Part shown: piece by piece, positions 63,106 through 64,000 of the stretch
Numbering within the stretch: position 1 is the stretch's first letter
How the letters are laid out: every line of letters starts with the position of its first letter
From: Lama glama
Lineage: Eukaryota
Length of the DNA: 64,000 bases
Reading direction: 5' to 3'
Assembly (NCBI GenBank): GCA_028534125.1
Contig: CM052818.1
Coordinates: forward strand, 10,852,001 to 10,916,000
Made by a program: the position numbers and the translations under genes
The notes under the pieces: generated by a model
Told to the model about the DNA's origin: nothing
The model's input: the letters and a program-made list of their open reading frames with translations, nothing else
The model's database searches: none

Positions 63106-64000
63106 CTCCATGGCAGGGTCATGTGCGATTCATTCCTTCTCTAGGCATTTCTGCTTTTCACTTAACAGTGCTTAATGATCAAATGTTACACTGATCATTA
63201 TTTTTAAAAAACCATTGAAATGCGAATTAAAAACCCAAAACAAACATACGAAACATTCATTTGCCACTTCTATCTGTTAATCCACTGAGAGAGAGCTAAT
63301 TTTATATGCCGCCTTCCTAAGGTATACTTCTATAAAAGATTTAGTGAGACAAAAAGTAATTTCCATATGATATTTTATTTACTTATGAGGAATGTTATTT
63401 TTGTCATTATCACTAAAGAGAAAATAAAATAAAGGGAGAAAAGTGGAGAATCTTTAAAGCAAAAAAGAAGAACCTTGCTGTTCTAAGCTCAGCGAAATTA
63501 AGCCTGCAGAATCTGTATTTTGGTTTCATTCCTCCTATTTCATCAACACAGGATGTTCTTCAAAGCCCTAATGCTAATCAGGGCAAGCTTTGCATCGGTG
63601 CATATTAGCCTCTACCTTAGACAGGTTAGCGCCATTTCCTTTTTTGGCCTGCTGTGAGTGAAAAATAGCATTGTTGTTTTAAGTCATAATGATTTTGAGG
63701 ATTTTTATTCACTGCAGAATAAGCATGACCATCCCAACTGATAGACTGTACTTCTTAAGAGTGGCCTGAATGTGGAGTTAAGGGACTTCAAAAAAAAAAA
63801 TGAAGAAGTCTAACATCTGAGATTTGGGAGATGCGTCATGGAAGGATGGAATAGTGGCACTTCAGATGGACGCTGATGACTGGACAGGACTTAGACAAGG
63901 GGCGATGGGCACAAGGTCACTCCTGATGCAGGGAAAAAGCACAGCGAAGGCACACAGATGGGAGAGTGTGGGGCACTATAAAAAAGAATTAGTAATTTTG

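Noticed and set aside
1..64000. Prokaryote-style systems (operons, CRISPR, defence islands)
   Set aside because: The sequence is clearly mammalian non-coding DNA, with no long ORFs and no regularly spaced repeat-spacer array.

Overview
AT-rich, CpG-depleted placental-mammal genomic DNA, intergenic or deep intronic. I find no credible protein-coding exon, RNA gene or CRISPR array; the ORF track is explained by chance ORFs, low-complexity sequence and decayed L1. Much of the window is ancient eutherian repeats: L1M fragments with large internal deletions, L2, MIR, MaLR/ERVL solo LTRs (MLT1, LTR16, LTR33-like) and hAT/Tigger MITEs. I recognised no lineage-specific SINE (Alu, B1/B2, Bov-tA, CHR, CAN, ERE, Ves). 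The most notable non-repeat signals are: a ~6 kb apparently TE-free, CpG-retaining block (about 17960-24040) containing an exact 22-bp direct repeat, a long hairpin and a strong CTCF-like motif; two concentric imperfect palindromes (57501-57697 and 61440-61536); and a minus-strand 180-nt non-coding exon candidate (54767-54946). Repeat family names come from my recall of consensus sequences and boundaries are approximate, so all need RepeatMasker/Dfam confirmation. I cannot support a novel multi-gene system here.
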